Of a DNA stretch of 64,000 nucleotides, positions 1 through 10,542 are shown piece by piece (within the stretch, counting starts at the first letter, position 1; each line of letters starts with the position of its first letter). Source of the stretch: Bacteroidetes bacterium ADurb.Bin145 (lineage in GTDB: Bacteria > Bacteroidota > Bacteroidia > Bacteroidales > VadinHA17); contig MWDJ01000001.1 of assembly GCA_002070505.1 (NCBI GenBank), positions 28,918-92,917 on the forward strand. Direction: 5' to 3'. Made by a program: the position numbers and the translations under genes. Under the pieces are notes generated by a model. That model was not told the origin of the DNA. It made no database searches and saw nothing but the letters and a program-made list of their open reading frames with translations.

Positions 1-508
1 TGCTGACCGCCCTGGATGTAAGAAAATGGTTCTTCAGGGTTTCTGTTGTACTGTACTGGGCCTGGAATGCGGAAGAAATCCTCTGCGCAATTTTCTCTGC
101 TGCCTCAATTTCGGGATGTATAATATTTACCACTCCGTTAAATATGCCTGGTTTTCCAAATACGATATACTCTGCATTCGGTACATAACTCTGCATTATC
201 CATTTTGTCCCTTTGAACCAGACTAATTTTATACTACCTGTATCGTCCTGAAAATCAGCTACTAATCTTTTTCCTGAGCCTCTTCCTTCAGTATAGTATC
301 CTTTAATTACACCTTTTATTTGTATAAAGGGAAGTTCCTGATCAAGTTCATTTATCTTATATATCCTGCTCCTGTCTATATATTTGTACGGGAAAAAATA
401 CAGCAGATCCCTGTAAGTGAATATATTCAGTTCCTTATTAAGCAGCTCTGCCCTTTTAGGACCAACTCCCTGTAAGTATTTAATTTCAGTATCAAGCAGA
501 TCCTGCAT
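1..508 (-). CDS. recG: ATP-dependent DNA helicase RecG, N-terminal part (gene continues beyond the left window edge)
   Basis: Own minus-strand translation from ATG at complement(506..508): MQDLLDTEIKYLQGVGPKRAELLNKELNIFTYRDLLYFFPYKYIDRSRIYKINEL...LVWFKGTKW...VFGKPGIFNG. This is the typical Bacteroidota RecG N-terminus and wedge region. It is absent from the ORF track because the edge truncates it. Confidence 0.75.
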   Translation of the reverse strand, partial: MQDLLDTEIKYLQGVGPKRAELLNKELNIFTYRDLLYFFPYKYIDRSRIYKINELDQELPFIQIKGVIKGYYTEGRGSGKRLVADFQDDTGSIKLVWFKGTKWIMQSYVPNAEYIVFGKPGIFNGVVNIIHPEIEAAEKIAQRISSAFQAQYSTTETLKNHFLTSRAVS

Positions 509-531
509 GTTATAGTCTTTATCAACGGGCG

Positions 532-1383
532 ATGAATAGATTTCCGAAAATACTTAATTTTGACAACCTTACCTACGAATATTTTCCGCGGGGAATGAAT
601 TTTTTTTATACCATAAGATTTTTAAGGTACCTCCTCATTTCAAGGCACATCAGAGGCCATGGCATTCACAGTCCTTTTGTTTTCGATCTGGTTGCAAGGG
701 TGTTCAGGAATAAAATCAATCCTGCTATTGTCTTAACTATTGAGAATATTAGAAAAAACAGAAATTCTGACGAACAGAAGATCCGTGTTACAGATCTTGG
801 AGCAGGATCAGTGAAAATGAAAAATAATTTGAAAAAGATTTCAGATATAACAAAATATTCAGCAGTACCTCCGAAATATTGCAGTATTCTGGCGAATATG
901 GCACAGGAGTTTGGAAATAATTCTATTGTTGAATTAGGAACTTCGTTCGGGTTAAGCACAATGTATATGGCAGCCCAGCGGCCCGATACAGTTGTTTATA
1001 CTATTGAAGGTTGTCCGGTCCTGAGTAAAATTGCCGAAGAGAATTTCAATATCGCCGGGCTTGAAAATATAAGGCTGCTGACCGGATCCTTTGATGATAA
1101 ACTTCCGGAACTTATAAACATTGGTGTTAATCCGGGACTTGTTTTCATTGACGGGAACCACAGGAAAGAGCCGGTTCTGAAATATTTTGCCCTGATAACG
1201 GAAATGATAAACAGGGATAGTGTGGTCATAATTGATGATATCCATTTATCGGAAGAAATGGAAGAAGCATGGTCAGAGATAAGGAACATGAAGAACGTAT
1301 CTTTTACTATAGATATATTCAGGATGGGTATGGTTTTTTTCAGGCGGGGAATGAATCATTTTGATTATATTATTAAGTATTAA
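532..1383 (+). CDS. class I SAM-dependent methyltransferase (O-methyltransferase-like)
   Basis: 283-aa ORF with SAM motif I IVELGTSFGLSTMYMA and VFIDGNHRKEP. The start is uncertain: an ATG at 595 would leave more room for the divergent recG promoter. Confidence 0.7.
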   Translation: MNRFPKILNFDNLTYEYFPRGMNFFYTIRFLRYLLISRHIRGHGIHSPFVFDLVARVFRNKINPAIVLTIENIRKNRNSDEQKIRVTDLGAGSVKMKNNLKKISDITKYSAVPPKYCSILANMAQEFGNNSIVELGTSFGLSTMYMAAQRPDTVVYTIEGCPVLSKIAEENFNIAGLENIRLLTGSFDDKLPELINIGVNPGLVFIDGNHRKEPVLKYFALITEMINRDSVVIIDDIHLSEEMEEAWSEIRNMKNVSFTIDIFRMGMVFFRRGMNHFDYIIKY

Positions 1384-1454
1384 CAAAAATTAAGAACAGA
1401 TAATTTATTATTTAATCAATTTAATCTAATTTCGGAAATTTAAATTTTAAACGT

Positions 1455-2156
1455 ATGGACAAAGTTATTGAGATTCAAAATATTGTAAAGAACTACCAGG
1501 TTGGATCTGTGATTGTCAGGGCTTTAAGATCAGTCTCAATTGATATTGCCAGGAACGAATATGTTGCAATAATGGGACCATCCGGTTCCGGCAAATCTAC
1601 CTTAATGAACCTTCTCGGTTGTCTTGATACACCTACCAGTGGGTCATATATACTCAATGGAACAGATGTGAGCAAGATGGAGGATGACTACCTTGCTGAG
1701 ATAAGGAATAAAGAGATCGGATTTGTTTTTCAGACTTTCAATTTGCTGCCAAGGTACACTGCACTTGAAAATGTAACACTTCCGCTTATCTATGCCGGGG
1801 TGCAGAAAGCCGAAAGAGAAAAAATGGCCATCGAGACACTCGATCATGTAGGACTTGCAGACAGGATGACTCACAAGCCAAATGAGCTTTCAGGCGGACA
1901 AAGGCAGAGGGTAGCAATTGCAAGGGCACTTGTAAACAAACCTTCAATTATACTGGCTGACGAGCCTACAGGGAATCTCGATAGCAAGACCTCGCTTGAT
2001 ATCATGGGATTGCTTGATGAAATTCACCGGAACGGGAATACTGTCATAGTGGTTACTCATGAGGAAGACATAGCAAGACATGCTGCCAGGATAATCAGGC
2101 TTTTCGACGGTGAAGTAGCCCAGGATTATGCTAATGAAAAATATAAGCAGAACTGA
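1455..2156 (+). CDS. ABC transporter ATP-binding protein (LolD/MacB-type)
   Basis: Walker [13 protein letters not shown] signature LSGGQRQR, Walker B ILADEPT. Confidence 0.9.
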   Translation: MDKVIEIQNIVKNYQVGSVIVRALRSVSIDIARNEYVAIMGPSGSGKSTLMNLLGCLDTPTSGSYILNGTDVSKMEDDYLAEIRNKEIGFVFQTFNLLPRYTALENVTLPLIYAGVQKAEREKMAIETLDHVGLADRMTHKPNELSGGQRQRVAIARALVNKPSIILADEPTGNLDSKTSLDIMGLLDEIHRNGNTVIVVTHEEDIARHAARIIRLFDGEVAQDYANEKYKQN

Positions 2157-2206
2157 AACTTAAACGTAAATTCCTATATTGCAGGATAATCTTATAATTT
2201 TTAATT

Positions 2207-2746
2207 ATGAAGATCTATTCCTGTACCGGTGATGATGGAACTACTTCAATTTCAGGGGGTAAAAGACTTCCCAAGCATCATCCGAGAATAGAAGCCCTTG
2301 GAACAGTTGACGAACTTATTTGCTGGATCGGTTTGTTGCGGGTAAATGAGGAAGTATACAATCACAGAAACTTTCTTATTAATATACAGAAACAACTCAT
2401 GATTTTCAGTTCAGCCCTTGCTGCTGAAAATATAAAGAGACCAGAAGACATGTTTTTAGGTGGTGATCCGGTCGGCATCCTTGAAAAAGAGATCGACAGT
2501 CTGCAGGAGACCCTTCCCGGACTAAAAAAATGCATTCTTCCGGGTGGAAATCCCCTGATTTCTTATATACATATTTCAAGATGTGTATGCCGCAGAGCCG
2601 AAAGAAAGCTTGCAAAACTTGCCGAAAAGGAAATTATCCCTCCGCTGACAGCAAAATATCTGAACCGTCTTGCCGACTATTTATTCGTACTCAGTAGAAA
2701 AATAAGCTTAGATCTTCATATCAATGAGATTATGTGGTCTGACTGA
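2207..2746 (+). CDS. PduO-type ATP:cob(I)alamin adenosyltransferase
   Basis: N-terminus MKIYSCTGDDGTTS...RIEALGTVDEL and a size of about 180 aa are typical of the PduO/MMAB family. Confidence 0.85.
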   Translation: MKIYSCTGDDGTTSISGGKRLPKHHPRIEALGTVDELICWIGLLRVNEEVYNHRNFLINIQKQLMIFSSALAAENIKRPEDMFLGGDPVGILEKEIDSLQETLPGLKKCILPGGNPLISYIHISRCVCRRAERKLAKLAEKEIIPPLTAKYLNRLADYLFVLSRKISLDLHINEIMWSD

Positions 2747-2797
2747 TTATTGATAGTTCTTTAAAAAATGCTATTGTTTTTAAAGAAAAATAATATA

Positions 2798-2805
2798 TAT
2801 ATTTG
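2798..2805 (+). promoter_or_regulatory. candidate Bacteroidota -7 promoter box (TATATTTG, consensus TAnnTTTG)
   Basis: Exact match to TAnnTTTG, 36 nt upstream of the 2841 ATG. Confidence 0.35.
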
Positions 2806-2840
2806 CAGACTTTTTAGGAGGAAATAATAATCAGGAAATT

Positions 2841-3062
2841 ATGTACTGGACGCTCGAATTAGCATCAAAACTTGAAGATGCACCATGGCCTGCAACCAAG
2901 GACGAACTGATTGATTTTGCCATAAGGTCAGGAGCTCCGATGGAAGTTATTGAAAACCTTCAGGAGATTGAGGATGAAGGTGATATATATGAAAGTATTG
3001 AGGATATCTGGCCTGATTATCCCAGTAAAGATGATTTCTTTTTTAATGAAGATGAGTATTAA
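2841..3062 (+). CDS. DUF2795 domain protein
   Basis: 73 aa; WPATKDELIDFAIRSGAPMEVIENLQEIEDEG matches the DUF2795 pattern from memory. Confidence 0.7.
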   Translation: MYWTLELASKLEDAPWPATKDELIDFAIRSGAPMEVIENLQEIEDEGDIYESIEDIWPDYPSKDDFFFNEDEY

Positions 3063-3146
3063 AGCAGTTCAATGCTTCATAGTTGTACCCCGGAGTTTAT
3101 TTTAGTATAAAATATCCGGATTCCTGTTTAATTACTAAAAATCTAA

Positions 3147-4742
3147 CTAATTTCTTTCGCCGGCAGCTGTAAAAATATCTTTCATTTTCTCAGGCCTCAG
3201 ATGATCAAACCAGTTGAATCCGTCCAGGCGTTTATCAGTTTCCGGTGAAGAGGAGGGAGGATCAATTACTCCGTCAGGATTCTGGTATTCAAAGATATCC
3301 GTGATCTTGCCGTCTTCTATCAATATCTCTATTCTTGAGCACTTTGCAGTATTTACTCCTACAATTTCATCTCCGTCGACAAGATAATATATCGATTCCC
3401 CGTTACCGTTTATTTCTATTTTATAAAGGTCGTTATCCCTGAAATATCCGGTCAGTGACCTGCCTTTTATCTGATTGAATCTCAGGGAATCAACCTGGTT
3501 TACAATAAAAGCTGAATTATATAATTCCATCCTCTCAGCCTGCCGGTTTTTTGTGAATACAGCTACCGAATCGGAAGTGAGCTGGTTTTCCCTTGACCAC
3601 AGCACAGGCTTTTCATAGAATCTGATGACTGAATCCCTGAAAGAGTAGGAGAGAGAGTCACATTTTGCCTGAAGATCCTCACTGAAGATCCTGCATCCGT
3701 AATAAGCTCTCACCAGCCTGTATCCTTTCGCTGATGTATCGGATACTGCCACGGCACTTATAGTATCTGCATGCAGGAACAATGAATCATTTTTTGCTGA
3801 GATCTGGATAAATAATGCACTGTCAGTGACCATGAATCTTTCAGGTTCTTTATAATACCAGGCATAATTTCCGGCTACTACAATATGGTTATTTGTATCT
3901 GAGATGCTGACATTCCCGAATGACTGCCCATATCCGGTATTCTCGTTGTAGAACAGAGAATCACCCCGGATGATCTGCTGCTTATTATCTATAAGTGCGT
4001 TTCTCCAGATTCTTGAGATATTGTTCTTTGTATCGTACCAGCCTTTTTCGCAGTATAGGTATAAGCTGTCACCTTTCATTTCCGAAGGGCCCGTAAAGAA
4101 TGCCGTCTCTGTTTTAGTGTTATAATCCATCGTATCGGCATTCATTATATAATCCGGATTGACGATTTTAACACTGTCTTTGAAGTGGAAAGTATTAGTG
4201 GAAAGGTAATATATACCGATTATGCTGGTAAGCCTGTTGTCGCCGTTAGTTATTCTTCCTCTCTCTGTATATCGTGCAATCTTATTCCTTACATCATAGG
4301 TCACGGAATTTGTATATAAATGGGTTTCCTTATCTATCAGCTCCGCATTTCCTTTAAGTGTTGCTTTTTCGGTTGTGCCGTCATAAAAGAGATAGTTGCC
4401 CATTATATCGAGTGTGTCTCCCTGTTCAATGTGAATATTGCTGTATGCAGTAACCTGATTCTTTTCCGGAAAGAAGTGCGCACTATCACACTTCATTGTT
4501 ATTTCATTATGAGCCAGGTCGACATTTCCTATCAGACGATGCCAGTCTTTGCCTGAGAGCTTATCTCTTTCAATAATATCCTCATCAGCGTGCTTCAGAT
4601 CTATCCGGCGCTTTCCGCCTGACGATTGACCGGACTTGACCTGTCCCTGCATGCTGATTGATAAGATCAGTATGAGGGTTAACAGCCATATTTTATAATT
4701 TATTGCTTTTGGCAAATTCTTAGGAAGCTCTATTTTAACCAT
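3147..4742 (-). CDS. OstA/LptD-N-like domain protein (envelope biogenesis)
   Basis: 531 aa with an N-terminal signal/TM segment and repetitive beta-strand-like sequence. It lies downstream of SurA-like genes, as in other Bacteroidota. The family call comes from synteny and composition. Confidence 0.55.
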   Translation of the reverse strand: MVKIELPKNLPKAINYKIWLLTLILILSISMQGQVKSGQSSGGKRRIDLKHADEDIIERDKLSGKDWHRLIGNVDLAHNEITMKCDSAHFFPEKNQVTAYSNIHIEQGDTLDIMGNYLFYDGTTEKATLKGNAELIDKETHLYTNSVTYDVRNKIARYTERGRITNGDNRLTSIIGIYYLSTNTFHFKDSVKIVNPDYIMNADTMDYNTKTETAFFTGPSEMKGDSLYLYCEKGWYDTKNNISRIWRNALIDNKQQIIRGDSLFYNENTGYGQSFGNVSISDTNNHIVVAGNYAWYYKEPERFMVTDSALFIQISAKNDSLFLHADTISAVAVSDTSAKGYRLVRAYYGCRIFSEDLQAKCDSLSYSFRDSVIRFYEKPVLWSRENQLTSDSVAVFTKNRQAERMELYNSAFIVNQVDSLRFNQIKGRSLTGYFRDNDLYKIEINGNGESIYYLVDGDEIVGVNTAKCSRIEILIEDGKITDIFEYQNPDGVIDPPSSSPETDKRLDGFNWFDHLRPEKMKDIFTAAGERN

Positions 4743-6091
4743 CCCTGGTTCAGAAAGTCACATGATTTGAATTCATCACTGATTTTGATGTAAGTAATGG
4801 CGATTTTCTTCTTAATCCAATCCTGGTATATTTTAGAACGTTTTTCCAGCAGAGCAGCGTCATAAAGAGTTTTATAATCATCTTTCAGGTTGGCTCTGTG
4901 GGCCGGGATCTCATCATCAAGCCGTACTATCCTGAAAACAGTATTGTTGTTTTCATCGTTTGTTCTGAAAGGTGCTGATATTTCACCAACATTAAGTTCC
5001 CTTATTTTCGCATACATTTCCGGGTCAAATTCATCGAGGGAGAACCAAGTATTACGGTTTGTCGGATCGGAATGGACATATTTTCCTCCGTTTATCCAGC
5101 TGTCTTTATGTGTGGAGAACATTACAGCAGCTTTTGCAAATGTCAGGCTGTCCTTTCTGATCAGGTTAGCAATGCTGTCGAGTTTTGCCATTGCTTTAGC
5201 TTCCTGTTCCGGCTTGACTTTGGGTCGGATAAGTATATGTCTTGTATTCATCATATCACCCTTACGGTCTATCATCTGGATTATATGAAAACCGTAGCGG
5301 GTCTCAACAATTCTGGAAACAGTGTTTTTAGTAAGGCTCCAGGCTGCATCGGCATACGGTTTTTCCAGTTCTCCTCTCAATTTGTATCCCACTTCTCCTC
5401 CGTTGATTGCGGAACCCGGATCTTCAGAATACAATACAGCAAGCATGCTGAAACTTTTCCCTTCCAATATCTGTGCCCTGAGATCCAGAAGTTTCTGGCG
5501 GGCTTCCGCTTTGTTTTCTTCATTCTGGGGGGGATCGAGTTGTATGATACTTACCTGGACCCTGGCCGGGATTACCGGCAGGCTGTCTTTCTGTATATCA
5601 GAGTAATATTTCTTCAGTTCTCTGGGAGTCAGTGTGACATCTTCCGAAATAACTCCCTGAACCTGTCTTATAATTTCCTGCTCAACCATCCTCTTTCTGA
5701 TGTCCCTTCGGATTTCGATCATGTTTTTCTTGAAATAATCCATCAGTACCTGTTCACTCCCTGCCTGCCTTATGGCGTTATTGATCTGGGCATTGACCTC
5801 TCCTTCAACGGCATTATCACTAACCGTTATACTATCGATACGGGCCTGATCGAGGAACAGTTTTGAAACAAGGAGTTCCTGAAGTACCATACATCTTAAC
5901 TGGTCTATCGGTGTCTTTTCTCCCCTTAATCTGATCTCAGTGACCATTTCCTCGATATCAGAAAGATACACTACCTCATTACCGACGATTGCAGCAATTG
6001 ATTCAACAAGGACCTGTGAATTTATCAAAGTCATTCCGGAGAGGATTATTCCGGCCAGCATCAAAAATAATCTTCGGCCTCTTCTCATCAT
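4730..6091 (-). CDS. SurA-like peptidyl-prolyl isomerase (parvulin type)
   Basis: Signal peptide; parvulin motifs GGEVGY...YGFHIIQM; SurA-like N-terminal chaperone region. Confidence 0.8.
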   Translation of the reverse strand: MMRRGRRLFLMLAGIILSGMTLINSQVLVESIAAIVGNEVVYLSDIEEMVTEIRLRGEKTPIDQLRCMVLQELLVSKLFLDQARIDSITVSDNAVEGEVNAQINNAIRQAGSEQVLMDYFKKNMIEIRRDIRKRMVEQEIIRQVQGVISEDVTLTPRELKKYYSDIQKDSLPVIPARVQVSIIQLDPPQNEENKAEARQKLLDLRAQILEGKSFSMLAVLYSEDPGSAINGGEVGYKLRGELEKPYADAAWSLTKNTVSRIVETRYGFHIIQMIDRKGDMMNTRHILIRPKVKPEQEAKAMAKLDSIANLIRKDSLTFAKAAVMFSTHKDSWINGGKYVHSDPTNRNTWFSLDEFDPEMYAKIRELNVGEISAPFRTNDENNNTVFRIVRLDDEIPAHRANLKDDYKTLYDAALLEKRSKIYQDWIKKKIAITYIKISDEFKSCDFLNQGWLK

Positions 6092-6948
6092 TTTTGGTTG
6101 TTATAAATCATAAATATATTATTCTTGAGTGCATCATTGTAAATACCATTCTCAAGTGACTGAATGAATTCGATTCTCCTGATGTTCCAGATCATTCTTT
6201 TAATGTCTTCTTTTACGTACTCAATGGGAGCAAGTGTGGACCTTAGCCTGTAGTCCCGGATTGTCAGTAAATAAAGATAGTCAGAGTCGGCTGTCTCATA
6301 GAATGTTGTTCTTCTCAGGAAAGATTCCTGGTTGTTAATTTCTTCGGGCAGCTCAACGGATATCCTGTCAAGGGTTATCCATTCTTCATTGAAGTCATCG
6401 AATTTATCAGCGAACTGATAACACAGTATTTCAAGTTCCTGGAGATCTTCTTGTTTGCTGGACCTGGCAAGGGATTTGATTTTCAGAACATTTGGAGTTT
6501 CTGCAGGGATTTTAATGAATAAACCCTTCACGATATTCGAGGTAAGCATAAAACTACCCTGGTTTTCCGAATAATATTTTTCAAGTTCAGTGTCGCTGAT
6601 AACAGTATCCATTTTTTCAAGCATCATCTGCCTCTGATACTGATAGATTAGAAGATTGGCCCTTGTTTCTTCGATCTGTCTGGCTATTTCATCCCTGTAT
6701 TCGGGAGTCAGGTTTTCCTCTGCTTTCTGTAACAACAATTCCTTCCTGGCCCAGCGGTTAATATAATTTTGAACTGTGGCAGCACTGTCAGTCTCAGTTT
6801 CTCCCGGTTGAAATATTTGCGGTATCTGATCATAATATAATATAGTATTCCCGACTTTCGCAACAGGAAGCCTGCCGGATTTTTTATCGGGGCTATTGCA
6901 ACCGTACAATAACAGCATCAGCACCACTAAACAAACAAACCTATTCAT
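6088..6948 (-). CDS. lipoprotein, possibly a SurA-N-like chaperone domain without a PPIase domain
   Basis: Lipobox LLLYGC. It sits between two parvulin PPIase genes with 4-nt and 8-nt overlaps. Confidence 0.5.
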   Translation of the reverse strand: MNRFVCLVVLMLLLYGCNSPDKKSGRLPVAKVGNTILYYDQIPQIFQPGETETDSAATVQNYINRWARKELLLQKAEENLTPEYRDEIARQIEETRANLLIYQYQRQMMLEKMDTVISDTELEKYYSENQGSFMLTSNIVKGLFIKIPAETPNVLKIKSLARSSKQEDLQELEILCYQFADKFDDFNEEWITLDRISVELPEEINNQESFLRRTTFYETADSDYLYLLTIRDYRLRSTLAPIEYVKEDIKRMIWNIRRIEFIQSLENGIYNDALKNNIFMIYNNQK

Positions 6949-8935
6949 CCATCAAACTCTTTTTAACCATATTAAAAATACGATCATTAATCTTAACGGT
7001 GTATTTCGCCCTTAATTGTTCTATCCACTCTTTCTCAAGATAGTCCTGGTATCCCGAGATCATCTCAGCTTCGACTTCACTAAAGGGTTTTGGAACAGGA
7101 TCAATCAGCCTGTTTATGATGATTATCGCAGGAAAATTGCCCATTCTGATATTTTGTTTCCCCTTAATCCATTGGATTTTATCCAGATCCGGATCATCGC
7201 CCTCGTACCATATTTTTTTTGTTATCACCAGGAGGGAATCATTTTTTCCATTGATTTTTTCAATCATCAGCCTGTCCCCCTCTTTTCTTCTTGAATACTT
7301 TCTGTATATCGATGCCAGTTTCTTATCTCCACCTGCTAAATGTAAAGTATAAATACTGGCTTCAATGCCTTTCCTTGTAAGGAAGTCATCCTTATGCTCA
7401 TCATAATACCTGATAAGTCCCGCGGAATCTTCCTGTGCCCTGCTCCATATTTTCTTCTCTGATATATTGAAAAGCAGGATACCATCGTGAAATTCATTAA
7501 TAAGGTATCTGAAGTCAGGGTATTTCTTTTCGAGTATTGAATTCTCATATTGAATTAACTGGTCATTTGAGATGGCTTCAATAGATCTGTTTATGAAGAT
7601 TGCAGGGTCAGTCGTCACGATCATTGATTTCCTCTTCTCAATGTATGCCGCAAAATCCCTTGCTGAAAGCCTTTGATCAGCAAATGAATAAAGATAGCCT
7701 CCGGGAATGGAACTCCTGTTATATTTAGACAGACCATTGATAATCAGAGTGTCAGTATTACTTACAAACCAGTTAAATACTGTGGGATTTATCCTGAATT
7801 TATACTCTTTTTTAAGCGTATTTATAAAGGATCTTTTACTCAGGGAATTCAGGTATGACTGATTGATCCTGCTTTCGAGATATGATCTGCTCTCTTCAAA
7901 TGATCCGGGAGCTTTTCTGTCAAGCAACTTAATAATGTGCCATCCATAGGAAGACCTGACCGGTTTAGTATACTGGCCGGTATCACGGATTGAAAATGCG
8001 GCTTCGGCAAATTCTGTGACGATTTCTCCTGCTCCAAACCAGTCAAGCTTGCCGCCATTGACGGCACTTTGCTTATGATCAGAATATTTCCTTGCAAGTT
8101 CACTGAATGAGGCTCCTTTCAGCAGCTCTTCATAGATCTTATTAATTGATTCTTCAGCCTCTTTTTCTTCCTTTTCAGTAATTCCCGGGGGAGCAGATTT
8201 CATTATATGTGCGACAAGAATCTTGCCTCTGGAAGGTTTTCTGTCAGTTACCTTTATTATATGGTAGCCATAGGGAGTCCTTACAGGATCTGAGACAGAT
8301 CCTTTCTTAAGGCTGTAGGCTGCATCTTCAAACGGGGTAATCATCTGGAAGACTGTAAAGTATCCCAGGTTACCGCCATTCAGCCTTACAGAGGGATCGT
8401 CCGATGTACTGCGGGCTACCTGCTCAAAGGATTCTCCCCTAAGTATCCTCTGTTTAACGGCGGCAGCTTTATTCCAGGCATTTAAAGTGTCAACTGGTTT
8501 AGCCCCCTCGGGGCAGTTGATCAGAATATGATATGCATTGATCTCCAACAGGGACCTGTCGTACATTTTCTGTATTAGTTTTTCCCTGGTTTTAGTGTCT
8601 GTCAGGTAATTCTGCGCAAGCTGGTTTCTATAACCACTCAGCTCATTGATGAATTCTCTTGTCGTGTCTATACCATCGCTGATAGCGTCGGCGACTTTCA
8701 GCCTGAAGACTATGTATTGCTGAAGGTAGCTTTCAGGATCAGGCAGCTTCCCCGGTTCATAGCTTTTATTATACATCCTTATGAATTCACCGGCTTCAAT
8801 TTTTCTTCCGGCTATTGTCATCAGAGTACTGTCGTTCAGTCCCTGTGCCCTGCAAACAGCAGGGATCAGTAATAATAGTACGAGGAGGATTGATGATCTG
8901 ATCTTCATCAGGATAATTTGCTGCCTGTTATTCAA
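6941..8935 (-). CDS. PpiD/SurA-like peptidyl-prolyl isomerase with two parvulin domains
   Basis: Two parvulin signatures: NGGNLGYF...YGYHIIKV and NGGKLDWF...YGWHIIKL. The start may be the ATG at 8908 (MKIRSSILLVLLLL signal peptide). Confidence 0.8.
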   Translation of the reverse strand: MNNRQQIILMKIRSSILLVLLLLIPAVCRAQGLNDSTLMTIAGRKIEAGEFIRMYNKSYEPGKLPDPESYLQQYIVFRLKVADAISDGIDTTREFINELSGYRNQLAQNYLTDTKTREKLIQKMYDRSLLEINAYHILINCPEGAKPVDTLNAWNKAAAVKQRILRGESFEQVARSTSDDPSVRLNGGNLGYFTVFQMITPFEDAAYSLKKGSVSDPVRTPYGYHIIKVTDRKPSRGKILVAHIMKSAPPGITEKEEKEAEESINKIYEELLKGASFSELARKYSDHKQSAVNGGKLDWFGAGEIVTEFAEAAFSIRDTGQYTKPVRSSYGWHIIKLLDRKAPGSFEESRSYLESRINQSYLNSLSKRSFINTLKKEYKFRINPTVFNWFVSNTDTLIINGLSKYNRSSIPGGYLYSFADQRLSARDFAAYIEKRKSMIVTTDPAIFINRSIEAISNDQLIQYENSILEKKYPDFRYLINEFHDGILLFNISEKKIWSRAQEDSAGLIRYYDEHKDDFLTRKGIEASIYTLHLAGGDKKLASIYRKYSRRKEGDRLMIEKINGKNDSLLVITKKIWYEGDDPDLDKIQWIKGKQNIRMGNFPAIIIINRLIDPVPKPFSEVEAEMISGYQDYLEKEWIEQLRAKYTVKINDRIFNMVKKSLMDE

Positions 8936-10409
8936 CTACTTTTCTGCTGTAGTTTGGTGATTCCTTTGTTATAGAGACATCATGGGGATGACTTTCAATT
9001 ATACCTGAATTGGTTATTCTGACGAACTTGCTCTCCTTCTTGAGGATACTTATGTTCCTGGCGCCAACGTATCCCATTCCTGCCCTGAGTCCTCCGGTCA
9101 TCTGGAAAATAACCTCCGCGAGAGTTCCTTTATAGGGTACCCTTGCAGCTATTCCTTCAGGAACCAGTTTTTTAATGTCGTCTTCGATATCCTGGAAGTA
9201 GCGGTCTTTTGATCCCTGCTGCATTGCCTCCAGAGATCCCATTCCCCTGTAAGCCTTGAATTTTCTGCCGTTATAGATAATTGTTTCGCCCGGTGACTCC
9301 TCGACACCAGCAAATAATGACCCTGTCATTATTGAATCAGCACCTGCTGCAATGGCTTTGATAATATCACCAGAATAACGGATCCCTCCGTCGGCGATTA
9401 CCGGGACCCCTGATCCTTCAATGGCACTGGCAACATTATAGATTGCTGAGAGCTGTGGTATACCGACACCTGCTATCACTCTTGTCGTACATATCGATCC
9501 CGGGCCGATTCCCACTTTAACTGCGTCAGCTCCTTCCTGGACAAGCTTCTTTGCAGCTTCTCCGGTGCCAATATTTCCGACAACAACTTCTGTTCCAGGG
9601 AAGTGCTTCTTTATATCCTTAAGTATTTTAATTACACTTTTTGTGTGGGCATGAGCCGTGTCAATTACAATTGCGTCAGCGTTGGCAACTATAAGCGATT
9701 CAACTCTCTTAAGTGTATCGGCAGCTATTCCTACTCCGGCAGCGACCCTTAGACGCCCTTTTTCATCCTTGCATGAGTTTGGCCGGTCTTTTGTTTTGGT
9801 GATATCTTTATATGTTATGAGTCCTATCAGCTTTCCGTTTTCATCGACCATCGGAAGCTTTTCAATCTTATGCTTGCGAAGTATTCTTGCAGCTGCCTCC
9901 AGGTCGGTCTGATGATTTGTTGTAATAAGGTTACTTGTCATAACCTCGGTGATCTTCCTGTTGTGATTATTCTCGAAACGGAGATCCCTGTTTGTCACTA
10001 TTCCCTTAAGTATGCCGTTCTCATCAATGACAGGAATTCCACCTATCTTATATTCAGCCATAAGACTTATTGCTTCAGCTACGGTTGCATTCAGATTGAT
10101 TGTGATCGGATCGAAAATCATTACATTTTCTGCACGCTTGACTCTTTTTACCTGTGAAGCCTGTTTTTCAATACTCATATTCTTATGGATAACTCCAATA
10201 CCACCTTCCCTGGCAATGGCTATTGCCAGTTCAGCTTCAGTGACAGTATCCATTGCAGCCGAAACAATCGGCGTGTTGATCCGGATATTCCTTGAGAACA
10301 TCGAACTAAGGTCCACCTCTCTCGGAAGTACTTCCGAATATGCAGGAAGGAGAAGCACATCATCAAATGTCAGTCCTTCATATACTATTTTATCTTCCAG
10401 AAACGACAT
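8928..10409 (-). CDS. guaB: IMP dehydrogenase
   Basis: [23 protein letters not shown]-terminus, CBS pair, catalytic loop [12 protein letters not shown] chose the start at M27 of the listed ORF because homologues begin there. Confidence 0.95.
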   Translation of the reverse strand: MSFLEDKIVYEGLTFDDVLLLPAYSEVLPREVDLSSMFSRNIRINTPIVSAAMDTVTEAELAIAIAREGGIGVIHKNMSIEKQASQVKRVKRAENVMIFDPITINLNATVAEAISLMAEYKIGGIPVIDENGILKGIVTNRDLRFENNHNRKITEVMTSNLITTNHQTDLEAAARILRKHKIEKLPMVDENGKLIGLITYKDITKTKDRPNSCKDEKGRLRVAAGVGIAADTLKRVESLIVANADAIVIDTAHAHTKSVIKILKDIKKHFPGTEVVVGNIGTGEAAKKLVQEGADAVKVGIGPGSICTTRVIAGVGIPQLSAIYNVASAIEGSGVPVIADGGIRYSGDIIKAIAAGADSIMTGSLFAGVEESPGETIIYNGRKFKAYRGMGSLEAMQQGSKDRYFQDIEDDIKKLVPEGIAARVPYKGTLAEVIFQMTGGLRAGMGYVGARNISILKKESKFVRITNSGIIESHPHDVSITKESPNYSRKVVE

Positions 10410-10542
10410 CAGGCAGGGTTTTAAATTTTTGATGCCGCAAATTACGAAAAATTCATTACTCATAAAACATACATTCTTTTGTATCACATAAAAAATTGAA
10501 TTACAGTTAGTATTTTTGTTATGTTAATGTTCCGCTGTCAGA

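Noticed and set aside
5072-5866. 264-aa plus-strand ORF
   Set aside because: It lies entirely antisense to the well-supported SurA-like gene, is low-complexity and Phe/Ser/Leu-rich, and has no motifs.
10012-10491. 159-aa plus-strand ORF
   Set aside because: It is antisense to guaB, whose identity is unambiguous.
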